Part shown: positions 28,542 through 39,112 of the stretch, piece by piece
Layout: the number at the start of each line of letters is the position of its first letter
How positions within the stretch are numbered: the first letter of the stretch is position 1
DNA from: Planctomycetota bacterium
GTDB lineage: Bacteria; Planctomycetota; UBA1135; UBA2386
Assembly: GCA_965662465.1 (NCBI GenBank)
Contig: CBFIIO010000008.1
Span: forward strand, 30,088-94,087
Direction: 5' to 3'
Length of the DNA: 64,000 nucleotides
Position numbers and translations under genes: made by a program
The notes under the pieces: generated by a model
What the model was told of the DNA's origin: nothing
Database searches by the model: none
The model's input: the letters and a program-made list of their open reading frames with translations, nothing else

Positions 28542-29942
28542 ATGCAATACCTCTATCTGCTTGCGACCTTACTGTTCGTCTTTGGCATCAAGCGTCTGAC
28601 GACTGTGCGCACATGTGCACAAGGCAATCGCCTGTCCGAAATGGGCATGCTGGTTGCGATCATTGCGGCACTCTTGATCAGTGATTCGATCAATTGGACC
28701 GTGATCATTGCTGGCATGGTGTTTGGTGGTGGCGTGGGCTTGTTCCTGGCCAAGCGAACACAAACAACCAAGATGCCGGAGTTGGTTGCGGCACTCAATG
28801 GCTTTGGCGGGGTGGCTTCAGCACTGGTCGCGATCGGCAGTGTGCTCACCGAGTCTAAGTTGTCGGACCCTGAAGTGCCGATGTCGATCTATAGCACGGG
28901 TCTCGTCCCGGCTATTGCTACTCCGATTGCGATCTTGATCGGTATGGTCACGCTGACCGGTAGCTTCATCGCCTACGGCAAGCTGTCCGGCAAGAAGTTG
29001 TCGCACCCGTTTTCTGGCGGTCTCCGTCACGCCTTCCACGCGTTGCTAGTGCTCGGCGCCATTGCGATTGGCGTATGGATGGTCACGACGCAGAATCCTG
29101 AAGAACTGACCACGGCGATGATCGCGCTGTCGGTGTTGGCAGCTGTGCTCGGGGTATTCCTGGTCATGCCGATTGGTGGCGCCGACATGCCGGTCGTGGT
29201 GTCCTTGCTCAACAGCTACTCTGGTATGGCTGGGGCATTCGCTGGCTTTGTCATCGGGAGTCCATTGCTGATCGTTGTCGGCGCCATGGTTGGTGCTGCT
29301 GGTTTGATCCTGACGCAGATCATGTGCAAGGCGATGAACCGTTCGCTGACCAACGTGCTGCTTGGCGGCATGGGCGGCGATGACGCTGTTGCCGAAGATG
29401 CGCGGGATTACGCCTCGATCAAGCAAGCTGGCCCCGAAGAAGTGGCGATGGTGCTGGATGGCGCTTCGTCGGTGGTCTTCGTACCTGGCTACGGGCTTGC
29501 TGTGGCGCAAGCTCAACATGCCGTGCGCGAACTAGCCGACCTATTGATCAGTCGTGATGTTCAGGTTCGTTACGCAATCCATCCGGTCGCTGGGCGCATG
29601 CCCGGTCACATGAATGTTTTGCTCGCCGAGTCAGATGTTCCTTACGACCAACTTTGGGAAATGGAGCGCATCAACGGCGACTTCAAGAATACCGACGTGG
29701 TGATTGTGGTTGGTGCCAACGACGTTGTGAATCCGGCCGCGCGCGAGCCAAGCGGCCCGATTGCTGGGATGCCGATTCTTGACGTTGATCATGCCGCAAC
29801 TGTTGTCGTCATTAAGCGCTCGTTGTCACCTGGCTATGCCGGTATCAAGAATCCGCTGTTCGACAACGACAACACCTTGATGGTGTTCATGGATGCAAAG
29901 GAAGCGCTCGAAGGCATGGTCCGCGAAGTGAAGGATCTGTAG
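28542..29942 (+). CDS. pntB: NAD(P) transhydrogenase subunit beta
   Basis: Multi-TM N-terminus, ..PVVVSLLNSYSG.., C-terminal NADP(H) domain ..VPGYGLAVAQAQH..HPVAGRMPGHMNVLLAE..VIVVGANDVVNP... Start set at ATG 28542 (MQYLYL). Confidence 0.9.
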   Translation: MQYLYLLATLLFVFGIKRLTTVRTCAQGNRLSEMGMLVAIIAALLISDSINWTVIIAGMVFGGGVGLFLAKRTQTTKMPELVAALNGFGGVASALVAIGSVLTESKLSDPEVPMSIYSTGLVPAIATPIAILIGMVTLTGSFIAYGKLSGKKLSHPFSGGLRHAFHALLVLGAIAIGVWMVTTQNPEELTTAMIALSVLAAVLGVFLVMPIGGADMPVVVSLLNSYSGMAGAFAGFVIGSPLLIVVGAMVGAAGLILTQIMCKAMNRSLTNVLLGGMGGDDAVAEDARDYASIKQAGPEEVAMVLDGASSVVFVPGYGLAVAQAQHAVRELADLLISRDVQVRYAIHPVAGRMPGHMNVLLAESDVPYDQLWEMERINGDFKNTDVVIVVGANDVVNPAAREPSGPIAGMPILDVDHAATVVVIKRSLSPGYAGIKNPLFDNDNTLMVFMDAKEALEGMVREVKDL

Positions 29943-30122
29943 ATCCTTCCTTCAGCTCGTTTCTGAAGACCTGTCGTCCTCGACCGAACTTTAAGCTCAA
30001 ACGCTTCAGCGGTTCGAAATGCGCCGCAGTCGGGCACTTCGTTTCCGTGCGGCGGCTTGTTTCCAGTGGCTTCGTGTCGCGGTCTGCTTTGCCAGCCAGC
30101 AGCCATCTGAGGATGGCTCCTA

Positions 30123-31052
30123 CTAGCTATCCGATTCTTGTGTTGGCTTATCTGCTAGCGCCGCTGCGGTAGCGCTTTCGGCTGGAGGACTTGGCGGCGA
30201 AGCCTCTGACTTCTCTACCTTTGGTGCTGCTGCATCACTTGAGTCAGAAGCGGTCGCTGGTGGCTGCTGAATACTCTTTGTGTCCGGCTCTGAGTGGCCG
30301 AATCCGTCTTTAGCGGCAGTTGCCTTCGGTGCTTCGGGAGCTGGTGGTTCGGCAGACAGGGCCGCCAGTGCCGCGAACGTTGCTTCGGTCGCGCGGGATG
30401 AGACATCGCCGATTAGCCAGCGGTGAGCTTGCAGACCAAGGCTTTGGTCGAGGTCTGCATCTTCAGCGTCAGGGTAGAGCACTGGTTCTTCAGGAACACC
30501 GTATGCCAATGGCGGTAACTCCGCCTCGGAGACGCTTGCCTTGACCTGTGCGAGCGTGCTGTGAAGGTCGACCCCTCTCAGCATCAAAAGCTCCCACGGC
30601 TTCTCGTCGAGGCGGCGTGCAAACAACTCATGCAGAGCTAGCACGTGACGGCAGGGAGCTTCTGGAAGGTCACAGGAGCAACCGAAAGTGACGCTGCGTG
30701 CATCAGGAAATAGCGGTTGGCCAATTACCCGTGCGACCAAACGGTCGAATGAACGCGGTACTCGAGCTTGCTCCAATGCTTCGATGATCGACTTGCTGCG
30801 ACGAAGCACGCGGATCAGCTTGGGCCAATCCTTCATCGGCAGCGTGCGGATCTGCAAGCTGACCTCGTGGATTGAACCCATCGCACCTTCCATCTCGGCG
30901 CCGATGCTGCCAGGTCGGATGCGCACCATGGGCTTACGAATGCTTGGCAACGCTTCAAGAGCGGCGGCCAGACGTTGGTCGTCGATGTCGCGAGTTGCCT
31001 CACGACGCCAGCGGCCACCGAGCGAAATCGACTTGCGTTCGCCTGTGATCAC
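30123..31052 (-). CDS. SWIM zinc-finger protein with a Pro/Ala/Ser-rich tail
   Basis: CxC..CxH SWIM signature in ..VTFGCSCDLPEAPCRHVLALHE... The GTG start forms a GTGA overlap with the SNF2 stop. Confidence 0.7.
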   Translation of the reverse strand: MITGERKSISLGGRWRREATRDIDDQRLAAALEALPSIRKPMVRIRPGSIGAEMEGAMGSIHEVSLQIRTLPMKDWPKLIRVLRRSKSIIEALEQARVPRSFDRLVARVIGQPLFPDARSVTFGCSCDLPEAPCRHVLALHELFARRLDEKPWELLMLRGVDLHSTLAQVKASVSEAELPPLAYGVPEEPVLYPDAEDADLDQSLGLQAHRWLIGDVSSRATEATFAALAALSAEPPAPEAPKATAAKDGFGHSEPDTKSIQQPPATASDSSDAAAPKVEKSEASPPSPPAESATAAALADKPTQESDS

Positions 31053-33964
31053 GTCATTGCCTCCGTTCGGTCGAGTGTAAGCAAACGCTTCAAGTCGTCG
31101 TTGCTGAGTTCGGTGATCCAGTTTTCGCCGGCTGCTAGCAGGCCATCAGCGACCTCACGCTTGCGATCGAGCATCTGTTGGATGCGCTCTTCGAGTGTTC
31201 CACCACAGACAAACTTATGCACGAAGACGTTGCGTTGCTGGCCGATACGGAAGGCGCGGTCGGTTGCTTGGTCTTCAACTGCTGGGTTCCACCAACGGTC
31301 GTAATGGAATACTCGGTTGGCAGCGGTCAGGTTGAGGCCGGTGCCACCAGCCTTTAGTGACAAGACAAAGAGGCGCGGTCCGTCGACGCGGGACTCTTGG
31401 AAGTCGGTGACCATATTGTCGCGTTCCTTCTGCGGAATACCGCCATGAAGGAACAGCACAGGACGGCCGTGAATGTTTTCGAAGTGGGTCTTGAGCAGAG
31501 ATCCCATTTCCTTGAACTGCGTGAAGATTAGGCAGCGATCACCTTCTTCATCAGCCTCAGCAATCATATCGGTCAGGAAGTCCAGCTTGCCCGATCGGCT
31601 TGGCAAGACACTGCCGTCCATGAGGTAGTGCGCCGGGTGGTTGCAGACCTGCTTCAGGCGCAACAGCGTGGTGAGGATCGCACCTCGACGCTGGATACCT
31701 TCGCCAGCTTTTTCGACCTCTTGGAGACCCTTGCGAACGACTGATTCGTAGAGGATTGCCTGCTCTCGACTGAGTGTTGCGCTAACAATCTGCTCGGTCT
31801 TTTCAGGAAGGTCCGCAACGATTTCAGGGTCAGTCTTAAGACGACGTAATACGAACGGACGGACGAGACGTGCCAGAGCGGACATCGAACCTTGTCGTCG
31901 TTGCTTGACGATTGGGTGTTCGAGCGTCTGGGTAAACTGTTGGCGTGAGCCCAGCAGACCTTCATTGAGGAAGTCCATGATCGACCAGAGGTCGAGAGGC
32001 CGGTTCTCAAGTGGCGTGCCAGTGAGCGCTAATCGGAAGTGGCCCTTGAGGGTGCGGGCGACCTTGGACTGACGCGTTGTTGGATTCTTGATGTTCTGCG
32101 CTTCGTCGAGCAGGACGCCGTCGAACGTCACCTCCTGCATGATCTCTTCATCGCGCTGCAGCAGATTGTAGCTGGTCAGAACGACATCGTTGTTCTCGAT
32201 GACTTTAGTGAACTCGTCAGCCGTTGATGCACGTCCCTTGCCGTGGTGCATGTCGACGCGCAGCGTCGGCGCGAACTTCAATAGCTCACGACGCCAGTTG
32301 CCAAGAACAGAGACGGGGCAGACGATCAAGATGGCGTTCTTGCTGTTGCGCTGTTTGCGCCAGTCCAGCATGACCGTGATTGCTTGGATGGTCTTACCAA
32401 GACCCATGTCGTCAGCCAGGCACGCGCCAAACCCTTGGTCAACCAGGAAGTGAATCCATGCGTGACCTCTTGATTGGTATGGACGTAGTTCGCCGATGAA
32501 CTCTGGCGGGACGTCACGTGATTCGACTGCACGTACTCGCTCTAGGTTTTGCAGCAGATGCTCAAGTCGCGGGGTGCTAGCGATTGATTCCATCGCCAGT
32601 CCGTGCAGGTGCGATGCTCCACCAAGGCGCAGGCGTAGTGCTTCGAAGAAGCTGATACGCTCGCCACCGTCGGCCATCCGCTTCTTGAAGTCTTTTAGAG
32701 CCTCGCGGTCCTTCGGTGAAAGCAACACCGGTCGCTTGTCGATGAAAACAAGCGGCGTTTTTGCGTCGACCAGTTGCTCAAACTGACTTTGGGAGAGTTC
32801 TTGGTCGCCAAGCGCAAGGCTCCAGCGGAACTCGAACCAAGGTCTTGGATCGTTGTCTTGACCGCCACCTTCGACAATTGCGACGCGGGCAGATAGCCGC
32901 TCCATCGACTCCACGCCTGGTAGCGTGACTTCAAACCCTTCGTTCTCCAGAAGCGGTATGTGGTCGAGGGTTTGGTCTAATTCTTGACGTGTGAGGCTAG
33001 CTCGACCGTCGCTGAGGTTGCGCGCACGGCGCAGCGCAGGCAGTTTCTCAGCTACTCGATCAAGTGTGTCTTCAACACGGTGCACACTCTCTCCGGCAAT
33101 CTCGTTGCTGAATGGAGATGCTTGTAGTCGTTGGTGAAGGCTCTCAATCGTCTCCGTGTACGCGATGCCTGGTACCGGGCGCACTAGGATGGATAGTCCC
33201 CACGGGACACCTTCTTCTAGTGGCGTATCCGGCACGAGAATCTCGAGCACCGGGGTCATCGGAGTCTGCCAGAACTCACGTGGTAGGCGGTCCGCCGTTT
33301 CGTGGTGTGTTTCGGGGAGTGTTCCGGCTGCAGCGCGCTGCACGACCATCTGGTCGAGAGCATGACCGATATAGCTCACGATGAAGTTGCGTTGCGTGAC
33401 CGCATAAACTGGGTCATCAGGCACCGCGGTTCGTGCAGTGCACAGGCTACCTGGGACCATCTCAGCGAGTGCTGCGGCTAGCCATTGGGTCTCTTTGCAC
33501 CAGTAAGGAATGTGGTTGAGAACTCCTTGAGGTGCTGGCGCGAAGTCGCCGCGCGAAATCAGTTTGTCTACTAGCTGGCTTGCAGCTGCTAGCCAACGCA
33601 GTGACGGCGATTGTGACGCGGCGTCTAGCGACGCTAGCCATGGGACGGCCTGTTCGAGCGGAATTCCAAGTGCTGGAATCGTCCAAAGCCCAGGGGCGAT
33701 CCGACCACTGCCGCGGTCGTCATCACCCTTTGTTCCTGGCAGATCGATTAACGGCTGTAGCTCAGTTTCCTCTGTCGGTAGCAGTAGCTGTGCGTCGACA
33801 ATATTGGCGACTGCTGATAGCTCTGCAGGCAGCATTGCTTTGAGTGATTCGACGCCATCGTCGGACCACAGGGCAATGCATGCATCGGCAGGCTGGCGGG
33901 AGTGCAGATAGGCGGCGTGCAGCTTAGTGACTTCCGCCAAGAGTGGATGGATGGACCCACTCAC
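31049..33964 (-). CDS. SNF2-family helicase with a long N-terminal SNF2-associated region
   Basis: ..LRPYQSRGHAWIHFL...GACLADDMGLGKTIQAI.. (motif I), DEAQNIKN (motif II), ..LTGTPLENR.., and C-terminal helicase motifs ..LKAGGTGLNLTAANRVFHYDRWWNPAVEDQATDRAFRIGQ... Confidence 0.9.
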   Translation of the reverse strand: MSGSIHPLLAEVTKLHAAYLHSRQPADACIALWSDDGVESLKAMLPAELSAVANIVDAQLLLPTEETELQPLIDLPGTKGDDDRGSGRIAPGLWTIPALGIPLEQAVPWLASLDAASQSPSLRWLAAASQLVDKLISRGDFAPAPQGVLNHIPYWCKETQWLAAALAEMVPGSLCTARTAVPDDPVYAVTQRNFIVSYIGHALDQMVVQRAAAGTLPETHHETADRLPREFWQTPMTPVLEILVPDTPLEEGVPWGLSILVRPVPGIAYTETIESLHQRLQASPFSNEIAGESVHRVEDTLDRVAEKLPALRRARNLSDGRASLTRQELDQTLDHIPLLENEGFEVTLPGVESMERLSARVAIVEGGGQDNDPRPWFEFRWSLALGDQELSQSQFEQLVDAKTPLVFIDKRPVLLSPKDREALKDFKKRMADGGERISFFEALRLRLGGASHLHGLAMESIASTPRLEHLLQNLERVRAVESRDVPPEFIGELRPYQSRGHAWIHFLVDQGFGACLADDMGLGKTIQAITVMLDWRKQRNSKNAILIVCPVSVLGNWRRELLKFAPTLRVDMHHGKGRASTADEFTKVIENNDVVLTSYNLLQRDEEIMQEVTFDGVLLDEAQNIKNPTTRQSKVARTLKGHFRLALTGTPLENRPLDLWSIMDFLNEGLLGSRQQFTQTLEHPIVKQRRQGSMSALARLVRPFVLRRLKTDPEIVADLPEKTEQIVSATLSREQAILYESVVRKGLQEVEKAGEGIQRRGAILTTLLRLKQVCNHPAHYLMDGSVLPSRSGKLDFLTDMIAEADEEGDRCLIFTQFKEMGSLLKTHFENIHGRPVLFLHGGIPQKERDNMVTDFQESRVDGPRLFVLSLKAGGTGLNLTAANRVFHYDRWWNPAVEDQATDRAFRIGQQRNVFVHKFVCGGTLEERIQQMLDRKREVADGLLAAGENWITELSNDDLKRLLTLDRTEAMT

Positions 33965-34331
33965 GGCTTACAGGTGATTTGGTGATGTGCATCTCGTGAT
34001 CAAGTCGACGTGTGAATTGATCGCTAAGAGTGAAGATGAACAGCAGCGACAGGAATAGGAATGAACTGAGGAACACGATCTTATTGATCGCTGTGTCCCA
34101 TTTCAGGTGCATGAAGAACGCAATGACTAGCGAAGCCTTGAAGCTCGCAATCGCCATCGCGATCAGCATGTTGGCTGATCCAAAGTCGAACAGTGAAACG
34201 AAGACGGTAATGAACGTTAGGAACAACAGTGCTAACAGCACCGTCATGAACATCGCCGGACTCGAAACGTGGGTGTGGCCCATATCCAGTTCCCCTGGAG
34301 AATGGCCATCACTGTGGGTGTGATCTGACAT
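33924..34331 (-). CDS. ctaF: Cytochrome c oxidase subunit IV (prokaryotic caa3 type)
   Basis: ..LIAMAIASFKASLVIAFFMHLKWD.. motif, three TM helices, last gene of the oxidase block. Its 3' end overlaps the SNF2 ORF start by 41 nt. Confidence 0.75.
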   Translation of the reverse strand: MSDHTHSDGHSPGELDMGHTHVSSPAMFMTVLLALLFLTFITVFVSLFDFGSANMLIAMAIASFKASLVIAFFMHLKWDTAINKIVFLSSFLFLSLLFIFTLSDQFTRRLDHEMHITKSPVSREWVHPSTLGGSH

Positions 34332-34340
34332 CTGGGTTGC

Positions 34341-35081
34341 TTAGGGAACGAGGTAGAGCAAGGGGAAGAGGAAGATCCAGATCAAGTCGACCAAGTGCCA
34401 GTAAAGACCGACAAGGTCAACCGGCAGGTAGTAGCCAGCATGGTAGCGACCCTTCGCGGTGCCACGCATTACGTAGAGAATGGCGAGGGCACCAATGATC
34501 ACGTGCAGACCGTGAATCGCGGTCATCGTCAGGTAGATCCCGAAGAACATGTGCCCGTGCGGCACGTTCTTCATGACGCCGTCGTAGTCCTTAAACCACG
34601 ATACTTGACCATGGCCGTCTACGTCTGTGTAGCCACTGAACAGGTCGGAGAAGACAATGAGTCCGTGCTCATTCTTGGCCTTGTATTCAATGAACTTGAT
34701 GACCATAAACCCAAGGGCGCCTAGCACCGTCAGGGTCAGATACATCATCGTCTTAGACTTTTGACTCGTTTGTGCAGAACGCACGCCCATAGCCATGGTC
34801 CAAGAACTCAAGAGCAGCACCGAAGTGTTGAGCGCTCCAAGCTTCCAGTCGAGCTGCTGGCCACCCACTCGGAAGGTCTCAGGGTAGATCTCGTGGAAGT
34901 AGAAGTAGGCTGCAAACAGTCCGCCGAAGAGCAGGATTTCCGTAGCAAGAAACAGCCAGAAGCCGAGCTTGCCCGCCTGGAACTCTTGTACCGGTGAACT
35001 GAAGTGGTGCGCCACCTCGTGGGAAACGAACTCCGGCCCTGGGGCCGGGATCATTATCCCGTGGTGATCATCGTGACTCAT
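34341..35081 (-). CDS. ctaE: Cytochrome c oxidase subunit III
   Basis: ..GKLGFWLFLATEILLFGGLF.., ..HGLHVIIG.., ..YWHLVDLIWIFLFPLLYL... Confidence 0.9.
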   Translation of the reverse strand: MSHDDHHGIMIPAPGPEFVSHEVAHHFSSPVQEFQAGKLGFWLFLATEILLFGGLFAAYFYFHEIYPETFRVGGQQLDWKLGALNTSVLLLSSWTMAMGVRSAQTSQKSKTMMYLTLTVLGALGFMVIKFIEYKAKNEHGLIVFSDLFSGYTDVDGHGQVSWFKDYDGVMKNVPHGHMFFGIYLTMTAIHGLHVIIGALAILYVMRGTAKGRYHAGYYLPVDLVGLYWHLVDLIWIFLFPLLYLVP

Positions 35082-35135
35082 GAATAGGTCCTGTATCGAA
35101 TGTTGTTGGTGCGTAGCTCGTCGTGCGTGCGGCTA

Positions 35136-36791
35136 TTAATGCGCATCGCGACGCAACGACTCGTAGTCCAGCGTTGTGTAGTCGTAGACTTCGTGCACAA
35201 CCTTCGGATCTTCATCGAAGTTGAGGTGTGGCGGAGGGGTCGGGCAAATCCAATCGAGCGTGACACCACCCCACTGGTTCTCCTTGGCCTTCTTACGGAT
35301 GAACAAGGAAGCGAGTAGGTAATAAACCATTAGTGCCACACCGAGACCTAGGATCACCGCACCGATGGTGGATGCCTGGTGGAATGGTTGGTATTCGGGC
35401 ACGTAGGTGGCGTAGCGACGCGGCATACCGCGACTACCCATTACGAACTGCGGCAGGAAGGTTGCATTGAAACCAATGAAGATGAGCGCACAAGCGATCT
35501 TCGCCTGGAACTCATTATACATGATCCCGAACATCTTCGGCCACCAGTGGTGGAGTCCCGCGAAGAAGGCCAGCGCGATCGATCCCATCATCACGTAGTG
35601 GAAGTGGGCGACAACGAAGTAGGTGTCGTGTAGGTGCAGGTCGACGTTAAGCGCACCGAGGATCACACCGGTCAAACCACCGATCGCAAAGATGATCAAG
35701 AAGGCCAGCGTGTAGAGCATCGGTGAGTTGAGAGCGACAGAGCCCTTCCACACCGTTGCGACCCACGAGAACTCTTTGATTGCCGTTGGGATTGCCACGA
35801 AGAACGTCAGGAAGCTGAACGCGAACATCGCGTAGGTCGACTGACCAGACGTGAACATGTGGTGGCCCCACACGAGGAAGCTGATGATCGCAATCGCCAG
35901 GGACGAGAACGCGATCAGCTTGTAGCCGAAGAGCGGCTTGCGACTGTGAACACTCACCAGCTCACTGATGATGCCGAAGGCCGGCAGCACCATGATGTAG
36001 ACAGCTGGGTGCGAGTAGAACCAGAAGAAGTGCTCGAACAGCACCGGGTCGCCGCCAAGACGCGGATCAAAGATGCCGATGTTGTAGAGGCGCTCGAAAG
36101 CTACCAGTAGAACCGTGATGCCAAGCACTGGGGTCGCGAGGACCTGCAGGATCGACGTGGCGTAGATAGCCCACACAAACAGCGGCATACGGAACCACGT
36201 CATGCCGGGTGCACGCAGTTTGTGCACTGTGACGATGAAGTTCAGACCGGTGAAGATCGAGCTAAAGCCGAGGATGAAGATGGCCATGCCAATCGTCACC
36301 ACAGCTTTGTCAGTGTAGAGCGAGTAAGGAGCGTAGAAAGTCCAACCCGTGTCAAAGCCGCCCAACACGATGGCGAGCGCGGCCAAAATGGCACCGCTCA
36401 ACCAAAGGTAGAAGCTCAGCAGGTTGAGTCGCGGTAGCGCTACGTCCTTGGCGCCAACCATCAGCGGCATCACCATGTTCCCGAGGGAGCCAGGGATTGC
36501 TGGGATGACAAACAAGAACACCATGAAGGCGCCGTGCAGCGTGAAGATCTCGTTGTATTGAGAATTGCTGAACAGCATGCCTTCCGGCTGCCATAGGTGC
36601 AGGCGAACGAGCAGTGCGAAAACACCACCGCAGAGGAATGCTATGCTGACGCCGACGAGATACATGAGCCCGATACGCTTGTGATCAAGCGTTCCTGCCC
36701 AGGACATGAAGCCCTTGGAGCAGTTCAGGTAGTTCTCGCGTGGCGCGGTTTCGGTCGACTTAACGTCAACAGCCGGAGTATTGGTCGTCAT
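35136..36791 (-). CDS. ctaD: Cytochrome c oxidase subunit I
   Basis: ..[10 protein letters not shown].., ..[18 protein letters not shown].., ..GHHMFTSG.., ..[14 protein letters not shown]... Start set at ATG 36791 (MTTNTP), just after the subunit II stop. Confidence 0.95.
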   Translation of the reverse strand: MTTNTPAVDVKSTETAPRENYLNCSKGFMSWAGTLDHKRIGLMYLVGVSIAFLCGGVFALLVRLHLWQPEGMLFSNSQYNEIFTLHGAFMVFLFVIPAIPGSLGNMVMPLMVGAKDVALPRLNLLSFYLWLSGAILAALAIVLGGFDTGWTFYAPYSLYTDKAVVTIGMAIFILGFSSIFTGLNFIVTVHKLRAPGMTWFRMPLFVWAIYATSILQVLATPVLGITVLLVAFERLYNIGIFDPRLGGDPVLFEHFFWFYSHPAVYIMVLPAFGIISELVSVHSRKPLFGYKLIAFSSLAIAIISFLVWGHHMFTSGQSTYAMFAFSFLTFFVAIPTAIKEFSWVATVWKGSVALNSPMLYTLAFLIIFAIGGLTGVILGALNVDLHLHDTYFVVAHFHYVMMGSIALAFFAGLHHWWPKMFGIMYNEFQAKIACALIFIGFNATFLPQFVMGSRGMPRRYATYVPEYQPFHQASTIGAVILGLGVALMVYYLLASLFIRKKAKENQWGGVTLDWICPTPPPHLNFDEDPKVVHEVYDYTTLDYESLRRDAH

Positions 36792-36802
36792 TGGTGTTGC
36801 CT

Positions 36803-37858
36803 CTAGTTGTCGGCCAGCGACTTCATGTATGCGATTAGACACGCCATCCGGTCTTCGCTCAGGTTGTCGAACTTGGACATGGCGTTTTTATTGTAGGGCG
36901 ATTCGGCAACGATCTTCTTAGTCGGATTCTTCATCGACTCGATGATGTATGCGTCGTCGGTAGTGATGGTCTTCGTCTCGCCGTCTTCGATAACTTCTCG
37001 TTGTCGGCCGACGTATTCATCACCATCCTTGGTGAACATTCCGAGCCAGGGCGGGCCAATGTTGACGACGTCCGTGTCTCGCATTTTGTGGCAGCTTGCG
37101 CAAAGTTGTCGCGCGAGTTGCTCTCCATAGGCGATCCGCTCGAGTGGCTTTTCTGCCGGTGGAACTTGGTTCCATGGTTCTTTCTCCATGGTTTCCGCAT
37201 CCACTACGTGGACCTGTGCATACATCCGTGAGTGATCGTTGCCGCAGTATTCGGCGCAGAACAGGTGGTAGTCGCCAAGTTTAGTCGGCGTAAACCAGGT
37301 GCTCGCGAAGCGACCAGGCACAATGTCACGTTTGACTCGCATCGATGGGACGTAGAACGCGTGCAACACGTCGCTCGACTCCAAGATGAACTGCACGGGC
37401 TTGTCTACCTCGACGTAAACCTCGGCGATGCTCTGGGTCCCGTTCGGATAAGTGAACGTCCAGTTCCACTGCTTGGCAGATGCCTTGTAGGTATTGCGTT
37501 GCGCTTCGTGAGGCACGGTCAGCATGTCGAGCGAGCCCTTGAAGCCCCACGCAAACATGATCATGACGATGATCAGTGGCACGACGGTCCAAACAACTTC
37601 CAGCGGCGTGTTATGCGTAACGTTGGAAAGCGGTTTTTGGTCCCATGTCTTACGACGGTGAGCCACTACGGAGTAAAGCAGCACTCCCGTGATGATCACG
37701 AAGAAGAAGATGCAAACTGCGTATGTGAAGTAGAAGAGGTTGTCGACGTGTTCGAAAGTGCCTGCCTGGACAGGCAATTGGCCCCATGCGTCGATTTCGG
37801 GAGCGGGAGCCCGCTGCGGCCCTTCACTTTGAGGTTCTTGGATCAGGTAGTTGATCAC
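36803..37858 (-). CDS. ctaC: Cytochrome c oxidase subunit II with a fused C-terminal cytochrome c (caa3)
   Basis: CuA site [15 protein letters not shown] and [11 protein letters not shown]-terminal heme-c motif CASCHKM. Confidence 0.9.
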   Translation of the reverse strand: MINYLIQEPQSEGPQRAPAPEIDAWGQLPVQAGTFEHVDNLFYFTYAVCIFFFVIITGVLLYSVVAHRRKTWDQKPLSNVTHNTPLEVVWTVVPLIIVMIMFAWGFKGSLDMLTVPHEAQRNTYKASAKQWNWTFTYPNGTQSIAEVYVEVDKPVQFILESSDVLHAFYVPSMRVKRDIVPGRFASTWFTPTKLGDYHLFCAEYCGNDHSRMYAQVHVVDAETMEKEPWNQVPPAEKPLERIAYGEQLARQLCASCHKMRDTDVVNIGPPWLGMFTKDGDEYVGRQREVIEDGETKTITTDDAYIIESMKNPTKKIVAESPYNKNAMSKFDNLSEDRMACLIAYMKSLADN

Positions 37859-37882
37859 GGCTGCACTCTGTTCTGGCTTTGC

Positions 37883-38764
37883 TTAACCCACCTGGGAGGT
37901 GGCGGGCTCGGCTAGGCCGGTTGCTGAAGAAGAAGAAGAAGCTTCGGACTCTGCTTTGCGGCGTTCGCGGCGAAGCATGATCCAGATCATCGCGGCAAGC
38001 ACGACAACCGTTACGGCGCCGCCGATGCGCATCAGCGTCATCACGGCTAGGGAATAGGAGTTGGTTCGTGGGTCGAAGGTCAGGCAGTTGAGCTTGACCT
38101 TGTCCCAGAAGTCGCCAAGGGTTCCTTGGCTGGCTTCCACGAGGGCTAGGCGAACATCGTCAGGTTCGAAGTAGGAGTTGACGATGACGCGACTGACCTT
38201 GCCTTCCGGAGTCAGGAAGATCAGTGATGGTGGATGAGCGAACTGTTTGGTTGCTTCCGACCAGTAGTATTGGAAGCCAACTTGTTCAGCTAATGCTGAG
38301 GTGTTCTCTTCATCGCCGACCAGCACGCGCCATGAATCTTCGCCATTGGTCTTGAGCAGCTTCACTAGGAAGGCGGCTTTACGGTTGGCTGCGATTTCGG
38401 GCGTCTCGCTTGGATCGATTGAGACACTGAGGATTCGGTAGTCGGTGCCTGGCTGTAGATCCGTTCTACCGAGTGCATAAAACGCTGCTTCAAGCACTTG
38501 GCCGCACATCGCTGGGCAGCTGTAGTAGCCAAGCATCAGCACCACGGGTTGCTTACCTGGAAACAGCTGCTTCAGCGTGAATGGGTAGCCGCGTTCGTCG
38601 GTGAACTTGAGGTCTCGGTCGACCGAGACCCCAATCGTGTTGAGCTGCTGCGCACCCATGTCCGTCGTCTCTAGATCACGTGCTGGTGAGTGACCCGGCC
38701 CTTGAGCGACCGCAATGGGGCTCAGGAGCATGGTTGTCATCAGTATGGATAAGAGGCTTTTCAT
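37883..38764 (-). CDS. SCO1/SenC copper chaperone with a C-terminal membrane anchor
   Basis: Signal peptide, thioredoxin-fold CxxxC (YYSCPAMCGQ), a conserved His further on, a C-terminal TM helix and a Ser-rich tail. Confidence 0.8.
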   Translation of the reverse strand: MKSLLSILMTTMLLSPIAVAQGPGHSPARDLETTDMGAQQLNTIGVSVDRDLKFTDERGYPFTLKQLFPGKQPVVLMLGYYSCPAMCGQVLEAAFYALGRTDLQPGTDYRILSVSIDPSETPEIAANRKAAFLVKLLKTNGEDSWRVLVGDEENTSALAEQVGFQYYWSEATKQFAHPPSLIFLTPEGKVSRVIVNSYFEPDDVRLALVEASQGTLGDFWDKVKLNCLTFDPRTNSYSLAVMTLMRIGGAVTVVVLAAMIWIMLRRERRKAESEASSSSSATGLAEPATSQVG

Positions 38765-38812
38765 GACGGGCGTTTTGAAACAGTCAGTCGAGGGTATGGG
38801 TGGTTGCGGGTG

Positions 38813-39109
38813 CTATTGCTTGTTGATGCTTTCGACGACGTCGTCGATGTTCTTCTTGGTGGGGTTAGTACCGTGGAGGAACTGGTATTCGGCTTCCTTG
38901 ACCTCATTCAACTCGGTGGTGGGTGCTTGGTTGATCTTGCGATCCTTTTCGAAATCCTGCACCTGCACGAAGATCGGGACGAGGATCCAGAGACAGCCGA
39001 ACAGCACCACACTGCTGCCGACGAACCACCAAAATGCCTTGCCGGCATCAATGTCGTTCTCGGGATCGAGTGGTAACGCTTCGTGCGTTGCTCCTGGTTG
39101 GTGATCCAT
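38813..39109 (-). CDS. Small single-pass membrane protein between actF and SCO1 (possible ACIII or oxidase accessory subunit)
   Basis: 98 aa, one TM helix (FWWFVGSSVVLFGCLWILVPIFV), tightly packed within the operon. I recognise no motif. Confidence 0.4.
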   Translation of the reverse strand: MDHQPGATHEALPLDPENDIDAGKAFWWFVGSSVVLFGCLWILVPIFVQVQDFEKDRKINQAPTTELNEVKEAEYQFLHGTNPTKKNIDDVVESINKQ

Positions 39110-39112
39110 GGT

